Below, in pieces: positions 9,028 through 22,657 of a DNA stretch of 64,000 nucleotides. How positions within the stretch are numbered: position 1 is the first letter of the stretch; each line of letters begins with the position of its first letter. Made by a program: the position numbers and the translations under genes. Source of the stretch: Alphaproteobacteria bacterium (lineage in GTDB: Bacteria > Pseudomonadota > Alphaproteobacteria > MPNO01); NCBI GenBank assembly GCA_964291675.2, contig OZ219866.1, forward strand, positions 960,001-1,024,000. The letters run 5' to 3'. The notes under the pieces were generated by a model. That model saw only the letters and a list, made by a program, of their open reading frames with translations. It was not told where the DNA came from and searched no databases.

Positions 9028-9612
9028 GTGACCCTCGCTCGGGACAAGAAGCGCCTGCGCGCGGAGATGACCGAGGCGCGACGGCTGGCCGCGGCGGATT
9101 CGGGCCGCGCCGCGCGCGCGGTGCGCGACCGGTTCCTCGCCCGTTTCGGCGAGCGGGTCGCCGGCGCCGGGGTTTCCGCCTACTGGCCGATCGGGGACGA
9201 GCTCGACCCGCGGCCGTTGCTCCACGCCCTTGCGCGGCGCGGGGCGATCTGCGCGCTGCCGGCGGTGGTCGGCCCCGGCCGCCCGCTGGCCTTTCGCCGC
9301 TGGCGGCCCGGCGACGCGCTGGTCGAGGCGAAGTTCGGGCTCAGCGAGCCGCCCGGTTCCGCGCCGCCGGTCGTGCCCGAGATCGTCCTCGCGCCGCTGC
9401 TCGCGGTCGATCGCGCCGGCCGCCGGCTGGGCTACGGGGGCGGCTACTACGACCGGACGATCGCGGCGCTGGAGCGGCGGGGCGAGGTGGTCGCGGTGGG
9501 AATCGGCTACGATGTGCAGATCCGGTCCTGCGTGCCGGCCGGCGCCGGCGACCGGCGGGTGGACTGGGTGGTGACGGAGAAACGGATCCTCGAATGTTCG
9601 GAGGGCGCATGA
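9028..9612 (+). CDS. ygfA: 5-formyltetrahydrofolate cyclo-ligase
   Basis: GTG start; YWPIGDELDP, PLLAVDRAGRRLGYGGGYYDRT, VVTE. Confidence 0.93.
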   Translation: MTLARDKKRLRAEMTEARRLAAADSGRAARAVRDRFLARFGERVAGAGVSAYWPIGDELDPRPLLHALARRGAICALPAVVGPGRPLAFRRWRPGDALVEAKFGLSEPPGSAPPVVPEIVLAPLLAVDRAGRRLGYGGGYYDRTIAALERRGEVVAVGIGYDVQIRSCVPAGAGDRRVDWVVTEKRILECSEGA

Positions 9613-9622
9613 CGGGCGGGCT

Positions 9623-10438
9623 ATGCGGCTGCTGATCTGCGGCGACGTGGTGGGACGGTCGGGGCGGAGCGTCGTCCGCGACGAGCTGCCGCTTCTGCGC
9701 GAGACCCTCGACCTCGACTTCGTGATCGTCAACGGCGAGAACGCGGCGGGCGGGTTCGGCATCACGCCCAAGATATGCGACCAGCTCTTCGAGGTTGGGG
9801 CGGACGTGATCACCACCGGCAACCACGTGTTCGACCAGCGCGAGATCATTCCCCATTTCGACCGCGAGAAACGGTTGCTGCGCCCGGACAACTATCCGCT
9901 GGCCACCCCGGGCCGCGGCTGGGGGGTGTTCCCCGACCGCCGCGGCCGCAAGGTGCTGGTGCTGCACGCGATGGGCCGGCTGTTCATGGACCCGCTCGAC
10001 GACCCGTTCGCGTTCGCCGCCAGGCGGCTTGCCGAGGACGGGCTGATGCGCACCGTCTCGGCCATCGCGGTCGATTTTCACGGCGAGGCGACCAGCGAGA
10101 AGATGGCCTTCGGCCATTTTCTCGACGGCCGGGTGTCGTTCGTGGTCGGAACCCATACCCATGTGCCGACTGCCGATGCGCAGATCCTTCCGGGCGGCAC
10201 CGCCTATCAGACCGATATCGGCATGTGCGGCGATTACGATTCGGTGATCGGGATGAAGAAGGCGACCTCCGTCGAACGCTTCGTGCGCAAGATGCCGACC
10301 GTCAGGCTCGAAGCCGCCGACGGCGCGGCCACGCTATGCGCCGCCTTCGTCGAGACCGACGATTCGACCGGCTTGGCGCTGCGCATCGATCCGCTGCGAA
10401 TCGGCGGCCGGCTGAGCGCCGCGCTTCCGGACCGCTGA
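9623..10438 (+). CDS. ymdB: TIGR00282/YmdB family metallophosphoesterase
   Basis: GDVVG, NGENAAGGFG, TGNH, DFHGEATSEK, GTHTHVPTAD. Confidence 0.92.
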   Translation: MRLLICGDVVGRSGRSVVRDELPLLRETLDLDFVIVNGENAAGGFGITPKICDQLFEVGADVITTGNHVFDQREIIPHFDREKRLLRPDNYPLATPGRGWGVFPDRRGRKVLVLHAMGRLFMDPLDDPFAFAARRLAEDGLMRTVSAIAVDFHGEATSEKMAFGHFLDGRVSFVVGTHTHVPTADAQILPGGTAYQTDIGMCGDYDSVIGMKKATSVERFVRKMPTVRLEAADGAATLCAAFVETDDSTGLALRIDPLRIGGRLSAALPDR

Positions 10439-10618
10439 CGGCCCCCCGCCCGTATCGCTTTTCCAAGCAATGGCTTGGGCTTAGTCAAAATGTCGCCACA
10501 TTGATCGTCGACAAGGTGCGGTCGTTCGTGGTGCGTTCCACTCCATCGGCGGCTGCGTTAGGGTTCGCGACATTCGAAACCGGGCACGACGCGGATCGTT
10601 CCCGCGCGAAGGGATTGC

Positions 10619-11368
10619 ATGGCCGGTCACTCAAAATTCAAGAACATCATGCACCGCAAGAGCGCCCAGGACGCCAAGCGCTCGAAGCTGTTCACCCGGC
10701 TGATCCGCGAGCTCGCCGTCGCCGCGCGCTCCGGCCTGCCCGACCCCGACCAGAACCCCCGGCTGCGCTCGGCGGTGGCCGCCGCCAAGGCCGCCAATAT
10801 GGGCGGCGAGACCATCGATCGCGCCATCCGGCGCGGCTCCGGCGCCGAGGACGGGGAGCAGTATGACGAGATCCGCTACGAGGGTTACGGCCCCGGCGGC
10901 ATCGCGATCATCGCCGAGGCGCTGACCGAGAACCGCAACCGGACCGCGGCGGAGGTTCGCGCCGCCTTCGCCAAGCACGGCGGCAATCTCGGCGAGACCA
11001 ACAGCGTCTCCTTCATGTTCGACCGCGTCGGCGCGGTGCGCTACCCGGGCGGGTCGGCGTCCGGCGACGAGATGTTCGAGGCCGCGCTCGAGGCCGGCGC
11101 GACCGACGTGGAGTCGGCCGAGGACGGCCACGAGGTGGTGTGCGCGCCGGAAGACTTCAACGAAGTCCGCGAGGCGCTGGAGACGCGCTTCGGGACGCCG
11201 GAATCGGCGGAGCTGGCCTGGCGGCCATCGAGCACCGTCGAGGTCGACGAGGCCGGCGCGGAGAGGCTGTTCAGGCTGCTCGAGGCGCTGGAGGAGAACG
11301 ACGATGTGCAGTCGGTGGCGGCGAATTTCAGCGTCGCCGACGACATCATGGCGAGACTGACCAGTTGA
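10619..11368 (+). CDS. yebC: YebC/PmpR family protein
   Basis: [34 protein letters not shown]. Confidence 0.96.
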   Translation: MAGHSKFKNIMHRKSAQDAKRSKLFTRLIRELAVAARSGLPDPDQNPRLRSAVAAAKAANMGGETIDRAIRRGSGAEDGEQYDEIRYEGYGPGGIAIIAEALTENRNRTAAEVRAAFAKHGGNLGETNSVSFMFDRVGAVRYPGGSASGDEMFEAALEAGATDVESAEDGHEVVCAPEDFNEVREALETRFGTPESAELAWRPSSTVEVDEAGAERLFRLLEALEENDDVQSVAANFSVADDIMARLTS

Positions 11369-11889
11369 GGGGGTCCGAGACCCGCCTGCTCGGCCTCGAT
11401 CCCGGGCTGCGGGCGACCGGCTGGGGCGTTATCGACGTCGACGGCAACCGGCTGAGCCATGTGGCGGACGGCGCGGTGCGCCCGCCCACCGGGGGCTCGC
11501 TGGCTGACCGGCTCGCCGCGCTCCACGGCGCGCTCGCCCGGGTGATCGACACCTACCGGCCCGACGAGGCGGCGGTCGAGGAGACCTTCGTCAACCGCAA
11601 CCCCGCGTCCGCGCTGCGTCTCGGCCAGGCCCGCGGGGTGGTCCTGCTGGCGCCCGCCGAGGCCGGGCTGCCGGTCGCCGAATACCCGGCGAACCTGGTC
11701 AAGAAGTCGATCGTCGGCGCCGGCCACGCCGACAAGGGCCAGATCTCGGCCATGGTCCGTGCCCTGCTCGCCATCCGCGGCGTCTCGTCGTCGGATGCCG
11801 GCGACGCGCTGGCGGTCGCGATATGCCATGCCCATCACCGCGCGACCCGCGACCGCATCGCGGCCGCCGCCGGGGAGGCGCGGCCGTGA
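11365..11889 (+). CDS. ruvC: Holliday junction resolvase RuvC
   Basis: TTG start overlapping the yebC stop; [33 protein letters not shown]. Confidence 0.94.
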   Translation: MRGSETRLLGLDPGLRATGWGVIDVDGNRLSHVADGAVRPPTGGSLADRLAALHGALARVIDTYRPDEAAVEETFVNRNPASALRLGQARGVVLLAPAEAGLPVAEYPANLVKKSIVGAGHADKGQISAMVRALLAIRGVSSSDAGDALAVAICHAHHRATRDRIAAAAGEARP

Positions 11890-12491
11890 TCGCCAGGCTC
11901 ACCGGGCGGATCGATTCGACGTCCGCAGACGCGGCGGTGATCGACGTCGCCGGGGTGGGATACCTGGTCTACTGCTCGGCGCGCACGCTCGACGCCCTGC
12001 CCGCGGCGGGCGAGGCGGCGAGCCTCCATGTCGAGACCCATGTGCGCGAGGATCACATCCACCTCTACGGCTTCGCGGAGCCCGCCGAACGCGACTGGTT
12101 TCGCCTGCTGACCACCGTCCAGGGGGTCGGCACCCGGGTCGCGCTCGCCATCCTGTCGGCGCTGAGCACGGACCGGCTGGGCGCCGCGCTGCTGGCGGGC
12201 GATGCGGACATGCTGACCCAGGCGCCGGGCGTCGGAAAGCGGCTCGCCGGGCGCATTCTGGCCGAGCTCGGCGACAAGGCGATCCCCGCCCGCGATGCGC
12301 TGCCGGGTGCCGCCGACGGCGCCGGGGACGGCCGCGCCGGCGCGGTCGACGATGCGGTCTCCGCGCTGGTCAATCTCGGCTACCGGCGGGGCGAGGCCCA
12401 TGGCGCGGTGGCCGAGGCGGCGCGGTCGCTCGGGCCCGCGGTCGAGGTCGAGGCGCTGATCCGCGCCGGCCTCAGGGATCTCGCCTCGTGA
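11886..12491 (+). CDS. ruvA: Holliday junction branch migration protein RuvA
   Basis: GTG start; [39 protein letters not shown]. Confidence 0.95.
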   Translation: MIARLTGRIDSTSADAAVIDVAGVGYLVYCSARTLDALPAAGEAASLHVETHVREDHIHLYGFAEPAERDWFRLLTTVQGVGTRVALAILSALSTDRLGAALLAGDADMLTQAPGVGKRLAGRILAELGDKAIPARDALPGAADGAGDGRAGAVDDAVSALVNLGYRRGEAHGAVAEAARSLGPAVEVEALIRAGLRDLAS

Positions 12492-13543
12492 CCGCCGAGC
12501 GCCCGAACGCGGCCGCCTACGATATCGACGGCGACGCCGGCGAGGCGGCGCTGCGCCCGCGCCGGCTCGATGCGTTCATCGGCCAGGAACGGCTGCGCCG
12601 CAACCTCGCGGTCTTCATCGACGCGGCGCGGGCGCGCGAGGAGCCGCTCGACCATGTCCTGCTGCATGGCCCGCCCGGCCTGGGCAAGACCACGCTGGCC
12701 CAGATCGTCGCCCGCGAGCTCGGCGTCGGGTTCCGCGCCACCTCGGGCCCGGTGCTCGCGCGCGCCGGCGATCTCGCCGCCGTGCTGACCAACCTGGAGC
12801 TGCGCGACGTCCTGTTCATCGACGAGATCCACCGCCTCAACCCGGCGGTCGAGGAGATCCTCTACCCGGCGATGGAGGATTTCCAGCTCGACCTGATCAT
12901 CGGCGCCGGCCCGGCGGCGCGCTCGGTGCGGATCGACCTGCAGCGCTTCACCCTGATCGGAGCGACGACGCGCGCCGGGCTGGTCTCGACTCCGCTGCGC
13001 GACCGCTTCGGGATACCGCTCAGGCTCGATTTCTACACCGACGCCGAGCTCGAGACGATCGTCGCGCGCGGCGCCCGGCTGCTCGACATCGGGATCACCG
13101 CCGACGGCGCGTCGGAGATCGCCCGGCGGTCGCGCGGCACGCCGAGAATCGCCGGCCGGCTGCTGCGCCGGCTGCGGGATTTCGCCGCCGTCGACGGGGC
13201 GGACGGGATCGACGCGGCGCTCGCCGATAGCGGGCTCGCCAGGCTGGAAGTCGACCGCCTCGGTCTCGATCTGATGGACCGGCGCTATCTCGACTGCATC
13301 GCCAGCAACTACGGCGGCGGCCCGGTCGGGGTCGACACGCTGGCGGCGGCGCTGTCCGAGCAGCGCGACGCGATCGAGGAGGTGATCGAGCCCTTCCTGA
13401 TCCAGCAGGGGCTGGTCCGGCGCACCGCGCGCGGGCGCACGCTCGCCGACCGGGCGTTCCGCCATCTCGGCGTGGCGCCGCCGCCGCGCGACGCGGACCA
13501 GCCCGACCTGCTGGGCGACGGCGAGGCGCCCGACGATGGTTGA
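12488..13543 (+). CDS. ruvB: Holliday junction branch migration helicase RuvB
   Basis: GTG start; [38 protein letters not shown]. Confidence 0.96.
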   Translation: MTAERPNAAAYDIDGDAGEAALRPRRLDAFIGQERLRRNLAVFIDAARAREEPLDHVLLHGPPGLGKTTLAQIVARELGVGFRATSGPVLARAGDLAAVLTNLELRDVLFIDEIHRLNPAVEEILYPAMEDFQLDLIIGAGPAARSVRIDLQRFTLIGATTRAGLVSTPLRDRFGIPLRLDFYTDAELETIVARGARLLDIGITADGASEIARRSRGTPRIAGRLLRRLRDFAAVDGADGIDAALADSGLARLEVDRLGLDLMDRRYLDCIASNYGGGPVGVDTLAAALSEQRDAIEEVIEPFLIQQGLVRRTARGRTLADRAFRHLGVAPPPRDADQPDLLGDGEAPDDG

Positions 13544-14024
13544 GCCGGGGGTTGAGCCGGGGGTGGGGCCGGTCTCCGGCGTTCTCCGGGACGCGGAGCA
13601 TGTCTACCGGCTGCGGGTCTATTTCGAGGACACCGACGCCGCGGGCATCGTCTACTACGCGAGCTATCTCCGCATGGCCGAACGCGCGCGGACCGAGATG
13701 ATGCGCCTGCTCGGCGCCGACCACGCCGGCATGATGCGCGGCGACGGCCTGGTGCTCACCGTGCGCCGATGCGCCATCGAATACCTGGCGCCGGCCCGGC
13801 TCGACGACGTGCTGGAGATCCGTTCGTGCCTGGTGGAGGTCGGCGGCGCCAGCCTGCGCGCCCGCCAGACCGTCCATCGGGACGGCGACACGCTGGCGCG
13901 CATCGATCTCAGGCTCGCCTGCGTGACCGACATCGGCCGCCCGGCACGGTTTCCCGCGCGGCTTCGTTCGGCGCTCGCCGGGCTCGGCCGCGCCGTCTCT
14001 CCCGCATCGACCCAGCGAGTGTGA
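13536..14024 (+). CDS. ybgC: Tol-Pal associated acyl-CoA thioesterase
   Basis: [19 protein letters not shown]...ERARTE; between ruvB and tolQ. Confidence 0.9.
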   Translation: MVEPGVEPGVGPVSGVLRDAEHVYRLRVYFEDTDAAGIVYYASYLRMAERARTEMMRLLGADHAGMMRGDGLVLTVRRCAIEYLAPARLDDVLEIRSCLVEVGGASLRARQTVHRDGDTLARIDLRLACVTDIGRPARFPARLRSALAGLGRAVSPASTQRV

Positions 14025-14026
14025 CC

Positions 14027-14746
<720 letters not shown>

Positions 14747-14749
14747 ACC

Positions 14750-15226
14750 GTGGCGATCCCGGTCGGCAACGGCTCCGCGACCCGCCAGGCACGGCGCATG
14801 GCCAGATACCGCCCGATGAGCGAGATCAACGTCACGCCCTTCGTCGACGTGATGCTGGTGCTCCTGGTGGTGTTCATGATCACCGCGCCGCTGCTCACCG
14901 TGGGCGTTCCCGTCGACCTGCCCAAGACGGCCGCCTCGCGCATGGTGGGTCAGGACGAGCCCCTGGTGATCACCGTGCGGGCCGACGGCACGGTCTATAT
15001 CCAGGATACCGCGATCGAATTGCCGCGGCTGATCCCGCGCCTCGCCGCGATCACCGAGAACAGGAAGGACACGCGCATCTTCGTGCGCGGCGACAAGGCG
15101 GTTCCCTACGGCCGGGTGATGGAGGTCATGGGGTCGGTCAACCTGGCCGGCTTCCAGCGCGTCGCCTTGATCACCCAGCTGCCGCCAGAGGGCGAGGCCA
15201 AGCCGTCGGACCGGGCGGAGCGTTGA
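14750..15226 (+). CDS. tolR: Tol-Pal protein TolR
   Basis: [35 protein letters not shown]. Confidence 0.94.
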   Translation: MAIPVGNGSATRQARRMARYRPMSEINVTPFVDVMLVLLVVFMITAPLLTVGVPVDLPKTAASRMVGQDEPLVITVRADGTVYIQDTAIELPRLIPRLAAITENRKDTRIFVRGDKAVPYGRVMEVMGSVNLAGFQRVALITQLPPEGEAKPSDRAER

Positions 15227-15229
15227 ACG

Positions 15230-16201
15230 GTGCGCGCCGGCATCTCGCTGTCCGCCGGTCTTCACGTGGGGGCGATCGCCATCGCGCTGGTCAGCTTGCC
15301 GTCGCTGTTCGATCGCGAGGCGCCTGCCGAGATGGTGGTCGCGGTCACGGTGGTGGCGGAAACGTCCGAGCCGAAGACGGAGCCGCCGCCTCCCGAGCCG
15401 GAACCGAAGCCCGAACCGAAACCGGAACCGCCGCCCCCCGAGCCAGAGCCGCCGCCACCACAGCCCGAGCCGGAACCGCCGCCGCCGCCACCCGAACCCG
15501 AGCCGCCGCCGCCCCCGCCGGAGCCGCCGCCGCCACCGCCCGAACCCGAGCCACCGCTCCCGCCCCCGCCGGAACCCAAACCGGAACCCGAGCCCGAACC
15601 GAAACCGGAGCCCAAGCCCAAGCCCAAGCCCAAGCCCAAGCCCAAGCCCAAGCCCAAGCCAAAAGCGGCAGAGGTGCCGGCGCCGAAAGCAAAGCCCAAA
15701 GCCGTTCAGCGGCAAGTCGCCAGGGCCGTCCCGGCGCCGCGGCGCAAGCCCAACCCGCCGCCGGATGCGTTCGACACCCTGCTGCGCGACCTGGATCGGC
15801 AACGCAAGACCGCGAGCCAGACCCCGCGCCGGCAGGCCAGGCCCGCCCCGGCGCCGGGTCCGCAAGGCGGGCTCGACCGGCGCCGCCTGATCGCCGGGCT
15901 GGTCGAGCGGATCCGCGAGCAGGTGTGGCCCTGCTGGAACCCGCCGGTCGGGATCAAGGATGCCCACAAGCTGCGGGTCGCGATAAGAATAGAGCTCAAC
16001 CCCGACGGGACGCTGGTGGGCAGCCCGCGTATCGTCGACCGGCAGAGATTGACCGCCGATCCGGTCTTCCGGGCCTACGCGGAGAGCGCGGTCCGGGCGT
16101 TGCAGAACCCGGATTGCCGCCCGCTCCGCCTGCCGCTCGAATCCTACCGGGCCTGGCGGCAAATTTCCCTAAACTTCGACACCAGGGAGCTATTGCGATG
16201 A
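15230..16201 (+). CDS. tolA: TolA/TonB-like energy transducer with Pro-rich linker
   Basis: N-terminal TM with SxxxH (SAGLH), PE/PK repeat linker, C-terminal domain with CWNPP...[10 protein letters not shown]; between tolR and tolB. Confidence 0.88.
   Translation: MRAGISLSAGLHVGAIAIALVSLPSLFDREAPAEMVVAVTVVAETSEPKTEPPPPEPEPKPEPKPEPPPPEPEPPPPQPEPEPPPPPPEPEPPPPPPEPPPPPPEPEPPLPPPPEPKPEPEPEPKPEPKPKPKPKPKPKPKPKPKAAEVPAPKAKPKAVQRQVARAVPAPRRKPNPPPDAFDTLLRDLDRQRKTASQTPRRQARPAPAPGPQGGLDRRRLIAGLVERIREQVWPCWNPPVGIKDAHKLRVAIRIELNPDGTLVGSPRIVDRQRLTADPVFRAYAESAVRALQNPDCRPLRLPLESYRAWRQISLNFDTRELLR
15611..15660 (+). repeat. Perfect hexanucleotide tandem repeat (CCCAAG)8 encoding (PK)n
   Basis: Directly visible: cccaagcccaag... 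eight units within tolA. Confidence 0.9.
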
Positions 16202-17550
16202 AGACCTTTTGCCATCTCGGTCCAGGGCGTCCGATCCGGTTCGCCGTGCTGGCTGTCGCCGCGGCTTTCGCGATGGCGATGCCCGCCGATGCCCAGCTCC
16301 GCGTGGACATCACCCGCGGCAAGGTGGAGCCGCTGCCCATCGCGATCCCCGACTTCCAGGGCAAGGATCCCGGCAGCGCGGCCTATGGCAGACAGGTCAC
16401 CGAGGTGATCGCCGGCGACCTCGCGCGGTCCGGGCTGTTCCGCCCCATCGACAAGCAGGCGTTCATCCAGTCCGCCGCCGATATCGGCGTCCAGCCGCGC
16501 TTCGGCGACTGGCGGCTGATCAATGCCCAGGCGCTGGTCAACGGCCTGGCCAGGGTCGAGCAGGACGGCCGGCTCGTCGTCGAGTTCAGGCTGTGGGACG
16601 TGTTCGCCCAGCAGCAGATGATCGGCACGCGATACCGCACGGCGCCGGACAACTGGCGGGTGGTCGCGCACCGGATCGCCGACAAGATCTATCAGCGGAT
16701 CACCGGCGAGAGCGGCTATTTCGACACCCGCGTCGTCTATGTCGACGAGTCCGGCCCCGCAGCGCGCCGCATCAAGCGGCTGGCGATCATGGATCAGGAC
16801 GGCGCCAATCACCGCTATCTGACCAGCGGCGAGCATCTCGTGCTGACGCCGCGCTTCTCGCCCACCGAGCAGGAGATCACCTTCCTCTCCTTCGTCAACA
16901 ACCAGCCCCGCGTCTATGTCTACAACATCGACACCGGCCAGCAGGAGGTGCTGGGCGACTTCCCCGGCATGACCTTCGCGCCGCGCTTCTCGCCCGACGG
17001 GACCACCGTGGTCATGAGCATGGCGCGCAACGGCAATTCCGAGATCTACGCCATGGATCTGCGCACCCGGCGGGTGCGCAGGCTGACCAACCACCCGGCG
17101 ATCGACACCTCGCCCTCGGTCTCTCCCGACGGCAAGCGCCTGGTGTTCAACTCGGATCGCAGCGGGCAGCAGCAGATCTACGTCATGGACATCGAAGGGG
17201 GGAGCGCGCGGCGCGTGAGTTTCGGCGAGGGGCGCTACGCGACGCCGGTCTGGTCGCCGCGCGGCGATCTGGTCGCCTTCACCAAGATCAACCGCGGCCG
17301 GTTCTCGATCGGCGTGATGCGGCCCGACGGGTCGGGCGAGCGCATCCTGGTCACGGACTTCCTGGTCGAGGGTCCGACCTGGGCGCCCAACGGCCGGGTG
17401 CTGATGTATTTCCGCCAGCCGCGCGCCCGCCCGGGGGCGAAGAAGCCGGGGCCGAGGCTGTTTTCGATCGACCTCACCGGACATAACGAACGCGAGATCG
17501 ACACGCCGCGCGATGCCTCGGACCCGGCGTGGTCGCCGCTCAAGCGCTGA
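16198..17550 (+). CDS. tolB: Tol-Pal beta-propeller protein TolB
   Basis: Signal peptide, PIAIPDF, AHRIAD.IY.RITGE.GYFDTR, PD40 repeats (FSPDG, WSPRG, WAPNG), SDPAWSP. Confidence 0.96.
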   Translation: MKTFCHLGPGRPIRFAVLAVAAAFAMAMPADAQLRVDITRGKVEPLPIAIPDFQGKDPGSAAYGRQVTEVIAGDLARSGLFRPIDKQAFIQSAADIGVQPRFGDWRLINAQALVNGLARVEQDGRLVVEFRLWDVFAQQQMIGTRYRTAPDNWRVVAHRIADKIYQRITGESGYFDTRVVYVDESGPAARRIKRLAIMDQDGANHRYLTSGEHLVLTPRFSPTEQEITFLSFVNNQPRVYVYNIDTGQQEVLGDFPGMTFAPRFSPDGTTVVMSMARNGNSEIYAMDLRTRRVRRLTNHPAIDTSPSVSPDGKRLVFNSDRSGQQQIYVMDIEGGSARRVSFGEGRYATPVWSPRGDLVAFTKINRGRFSIGVMRPDGSGERILVTDFLVEGPTWAPNGRVLMYFRQPRARPGAKKPGPRLFSIDLTGHNEREIDTPRDASDPAWSPLKR

Positions 17551-17552
17551 GA

Positions 17553-17569
17553 TGCGACAAAATGTCGCA
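17553..17569. promoter_or_regulatory. Palindrome TGCGACA-AAA-TGTCGCA (RegA/PrrA/RegR-like box) upstream of pal
   Basis: Perfect 7-3-7 inverted repeat matching GCGRC-N5-GTCGC; identical arms recur at 40447. Confidence 0.55.
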
Positions 17570-17709
17570 CCCGTTGCAACGACCGGAAGCGGTCCGAATA
17601 TCGGGTGCAGGCGTCTGTTGAATTCCGCCTGCCCGGGCGTCATATTGCGGCGGTCCGACAGCGCCCGCGTCGCAAGCCGACGGGCGCCTGACATGTGGGG
17701 GACGGTTCC

Positions 17710-18270
17710 ATGCGGTTCGGGAAACTTGCGGTCGTCCTGGCCGCGGCCATGTTGTGGGGGTGCGGCTCCACCGCCGACAGGGAGGCGTCCGGCCCGGCCG
17801 CCGGCGATGCGGGCGCGGCGACGGCATCCGAGACGACGGCAGGCGAGGGGATCGCCTCGACGGAGCTGACGACGCAGCCGGCCATTCCGCCGGGAACGCC
17901 GGAGGATTTCGTCGTCAATGTCGGCGATCGCGTGCATTTCGGCTTCGACCGCTTCGACCTGACCGAAGAGGCGCGCAACGTCCTTCGCGGGCAGGCGGAA
18001 TGGCTCAAGCGGCATGCTTCGATCACGGTCACCATCGCCGGCCACGCCGATGAGCGGGGAACGCGCGAATACAACCTCGCCCTCGGCGAACGCAGGGCGA
18101 TCAGCGTGCGCAACTTCCTGATCGCGCTGGGCGTCGACCCGGGCCGGATCCGCACGGTCAGCTACGGCAAGGAACGCCCGGTGGATCCGGCGTCCACCGA
18201 AGAAGCCTGGGCGCAGAACAGGCGCGGCGTGACGCAGGTCGACATATCGTCGCTCCGGGTCACCAACTGA
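17710..18270 (+). CDS. pal: Peptidoglycan-associated lipoprotein
   Basis: Lipobox LWGC; VHFGFD, GHADERGTREYNLALGERRA, SYGKERP, QNRR. Confidence 0.96.
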   Translation: MRFGKLAVVLAAAMLWGCGSTADREASGPAAGDAGAATASETTAGEGIASTELTTQPAIPPGTPEDFVVNVGDRVHFGFDRFDLTEEARNVLRGQAEWLKRHASITVTIAGHADERGTREYNLALGERRAISVRNFLIALGVDPGRIRTVSYGKERPVDPASTEEAWAQNRRGVTQVDISSLRVTN

Positions 18271-18366
18271 GCCGGCGGCCGCGCCCAAAAATAGCCATAA
18301 ACCGTCCCCATCGTGAGATTCCTTCCGCGGCCCGGAAAGCCGATCGGAGAGGGGGGTCATGGACCG

Positions 18367-19275
18367 ATGAAGCGATGCCCGGCAGGGTTGACGGGCCCGG
18401 CGGCGGTGCTGTTGACGCTCGGCCTCGTGGCGGCGTCCACCCCGGCGGCGGCGCAGTCCTTCGAACTGCTTGAACTTACCGAGCGGGTCGAACGGCTGGA
18501 GCGCGAGCTCCAGACCCTGCGGCGCCCGCCTCCCGCCGCCGCCGCCGCGAAGACCCCGGACGGAGCGGCCCAGGCGGAAATCCGCCTGAACGCGTTCGAG
18601 CGCCTGCTGCGCGGCTTCGAACAGCGCATCGAAACCCTCGAGAACCAGCGGCGGCGCGATGCAGAACGTCTGGACAAGCTCGCGTCCGACCTCGAGCACC
18701 GGCTGCGGACGCTGGAACGGGGGGCGCCGCCGCCCGCCGCCAGCGCCGAACCCGGGGAACGAAGCGCGTCGGTCATCGGCGGAACCACCGCGCCCGACGC
18801 CCCGCCCCGCCCGCTCGGCACGCTCAAGCTCGGCAGCGGCGCGGAAGCCGCCTCCCTCGCACCGCCCGCCCCCGTCCTCCCCGACGGCAGCCCCAAGGAG
18901 CAATACGACCACGCGCTCTCGCTGACCCTCAAGGAGGCCGATTACGCCCGGGCCGGCGCCGCGTTCCGCGCCTTCATCGACGCCTACCCGCAGCACGACC
19001 TGACCGGGAACGCCTATTTCTGGCTGGGCCGGACCCATTTCGTGCGCAAGGATTACGAGGGCGCGTCCTTCGCCTTCGCGGACGGCTACAAGAAGTTCCC
19101 CAAGGGGCCCAAGGCGGCCGACAACCTCTACAATCTCGGCATGTCGCTGCGCGCGCTCGGCAAGAAGCGGGAGGCGTGTACCGCCTTCGCGCGGCTGCTC
19201 GACCGGTTTCCCAAGGCCAACCCGACCCTGAAGAAACGCGTTTCGAGGCAGCAGAAGCGCCTCAAATGCGCATAG
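18367..19275 (+). CDS. cpoB: Cell division coordinator CpoB/YbgF
   Basis: Signal peptide, coiled coil, C-terminal TPRs (NAYFWLG, KAADNLYNLGMSL); follows pal. Confidence 0.88.
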   Translation: MKRCPAGLTGPAAVLLTLGLVAASTPAAAQSFELLELTERVERLERELQTLRRPPPAAAAAKTPDGAAQAEIRLNAFERLLRGFEQRIETLENQRRRDAERLDKLASDLEHRLRTLERGAPPPAASAEPGERSASVIGGTTAPDAPPRPLGTLKLGSGAEAASLAPPAPVLPDGSPKEQYDHALSLTLKEADYARAGAAFRAFIDAYPQHDLTGNAYFWLGRTHFVRKDYEGASFAFADGYKKFPKGPKAADNLYNLGMSLRALGKKREACTAFARLLDRFPKANPTLKKRVSRQQKRLKCA

Positions 19276-19279
19276 CCGC

Positions 19280-20617
19280 ATGGGCGCGGCCGCAGATGAG
19301 GCGCTGGACGGCGCCGGTTTCGCCCGTCTGATCGACCCGCTCGGCCCGTTCGAGCCGGCGCCGGCCGTGGCGGCCGCGGTGTCGGGCGGTCCGGACAGCC
19401 TCGCGCTTGCCCTGCTTGCCGCGTCCTGGACCGCCCTGCGCGGGGGCTCGCTGGTCGCGCTGGTGGTCGATCACGGGCTCGGCGACGGGTCCGCCGCGGC
19501 GGCCGACCGCGCGCTCGGGTGGCTTGCCGGGCGCGGTATCGCCGGGGTCAGGCTGCGCTGGCGGGGACCCCGGCCGAAGACCGGAATCCAGGCGGCGGCG
19601 CGGGCGGCGCGCTACCGGCTGCTCGGCGAATGGTGCGCGGCCAACGGCGTTCTGCACTTGCTGACCGGGCACCACCGGGAGGACCAGGCGGAGACGCTCC
19701 TGCTGCGGCTTGCCGCGGGCAGCGGCCCCGACGGGCTCGCCGCCATGCCGCCGATCCAGGAAACCGCCTGGGGCCGGATTCTCCGCCCGCTGCTGGACGT
19801 CGAGCGGTCGCGCCTGCGGGCGGCGCTCGCGGCCCTGGGCCAGGGCTGGATCGAGGACCCGGCCAATGCCGATCCCGCCTTCGCGCGCGCCCGGCTCCGG
19901 GGCTCCGTCCGGGCGCTGGCGCGCGAGGGGATGACCGCGGCCCGGCTCGCCGCGACCGCCGGGCGCCTCGGCGAGGCGCGCGAAGTCCTGGAAGGCGAGA
20001 CCGCGATCCTGCTGGCCCGCGCGGTATCGGTGTTTCCCGCCGGCTTTGCCCGGCTCGATCGGGCGGCGCTTGCCGGCGCGCCGGTCGATCTGTCGCGCCG
20101 CGCGCTCGAGCGCGTCCTCGGCTGTGTCGGCGGCCGCCGCTATGCGCCGCGGCGCACCCGCCTCGCGCCGCTCCTGGACGCGCTGCGCGGCTCCGGCGCG
20201 CTCGCGCCCCGCACGCTCGGCGGCTGTATCGTCCGGCCCGCCGGCGATTCCGTCCTGGTCGCCCGCGAGGCCGCGGCGATCCGCGAGACCGCCCGCGCCG
20301 TCCCCGGCGCGGAGACGCTGTGGGACGGCCGCTTCCGCGTCGCGCTCGCGCCCGGCGCCGAAGGCTGCGGCCCGCTTCGTCTGGGCGCCCTCGGCGCGGC
20401 CGGATGGCGGCAAGTGCGGCGCGCGCTCGAGGCGTCGCCGGCGATGCCGGACAGCGTGTGCCGGTCGCTCCCCGCGCTCTTCGACGATGCGGGCGTTCTC
20501 GAAGCGCCGCATCTCGGCTACCGCCGGGCGGGGGCGGAGGAGGGGCCGCCCGGCGTCGCGCGGATCGCGTTCGCGCCCAAAAGGCCGCTTGCGGCGACCG
20601 AGTTTGCGGTTGTTTAA
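19280..20617 (+). CDS. tilS: tRNA(Ile)-lysidine synthase
   Basis: AVSGGPDSLAL, VDHGL, ARAARY, GHHREDQAET, RPLL, EDPAN. Confidence 0.94.
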   Translation: MGAAADEALDGAGFARLIDPLGPFEPAPAVAAAVSGGPDSLALALLAASWTALRGGSLVALVVDHGLGDGSAAAADRALGWLAGRGIAGVRLRWRGPRPKTGIQAAARAARYRLLGEWCAANGVLHLLTGHHREDQAETLLLRLAAGSGPDGLAAMPPIQETAWGRILRPLLDVERSRLRAALAALGQGWIEDPANADPAFARARLRGSVRALAREGMTAARLAATAGRLGEAREVLEGETAILLARAVSVFPAGFARLDRAALAGAPVDLSRRALERVLGCVGGRRYAPRRTRLAPLLDALRGSGALAPRTLGGCIVRPAGDSVLVAREAAAIRETARAVPGAETLWDGRFRVALAPGAEGCGPLRLGALGAAGWRQVRRALEASPAMPDSVCRSLPALFDDAGVLEAPHLGYRRAGAEEGPPGVARIAFAPKRPLAATEFAVV

Positions 20618-20713
20618 TCCGTCTGCGGCATTATCTATTCATCCTGTCCAGCTAGTGGACGATACTGGGGACGCGGGCGGCAAGCCGCGCCCGGCCGGTT
20701 CGGGAAGCAGGGA

Positions 20714-22653
<1,940 letters not shown>

Positions 22654-22657
<4 letters not shown>

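Noticed and set aside
13539-13566. 12-bp tandem duplication gttgagccgggg at the ruvB/ybgC junction
   Set aside because: Only two full units, in frame (VEPGVEPG); no evidence of function.
15262-15699. Gly/Ser-rich and (AW)n repeat ORFs on the minus strand
   Set aside because: Antisense translations of the tolA PE/PK repeat.
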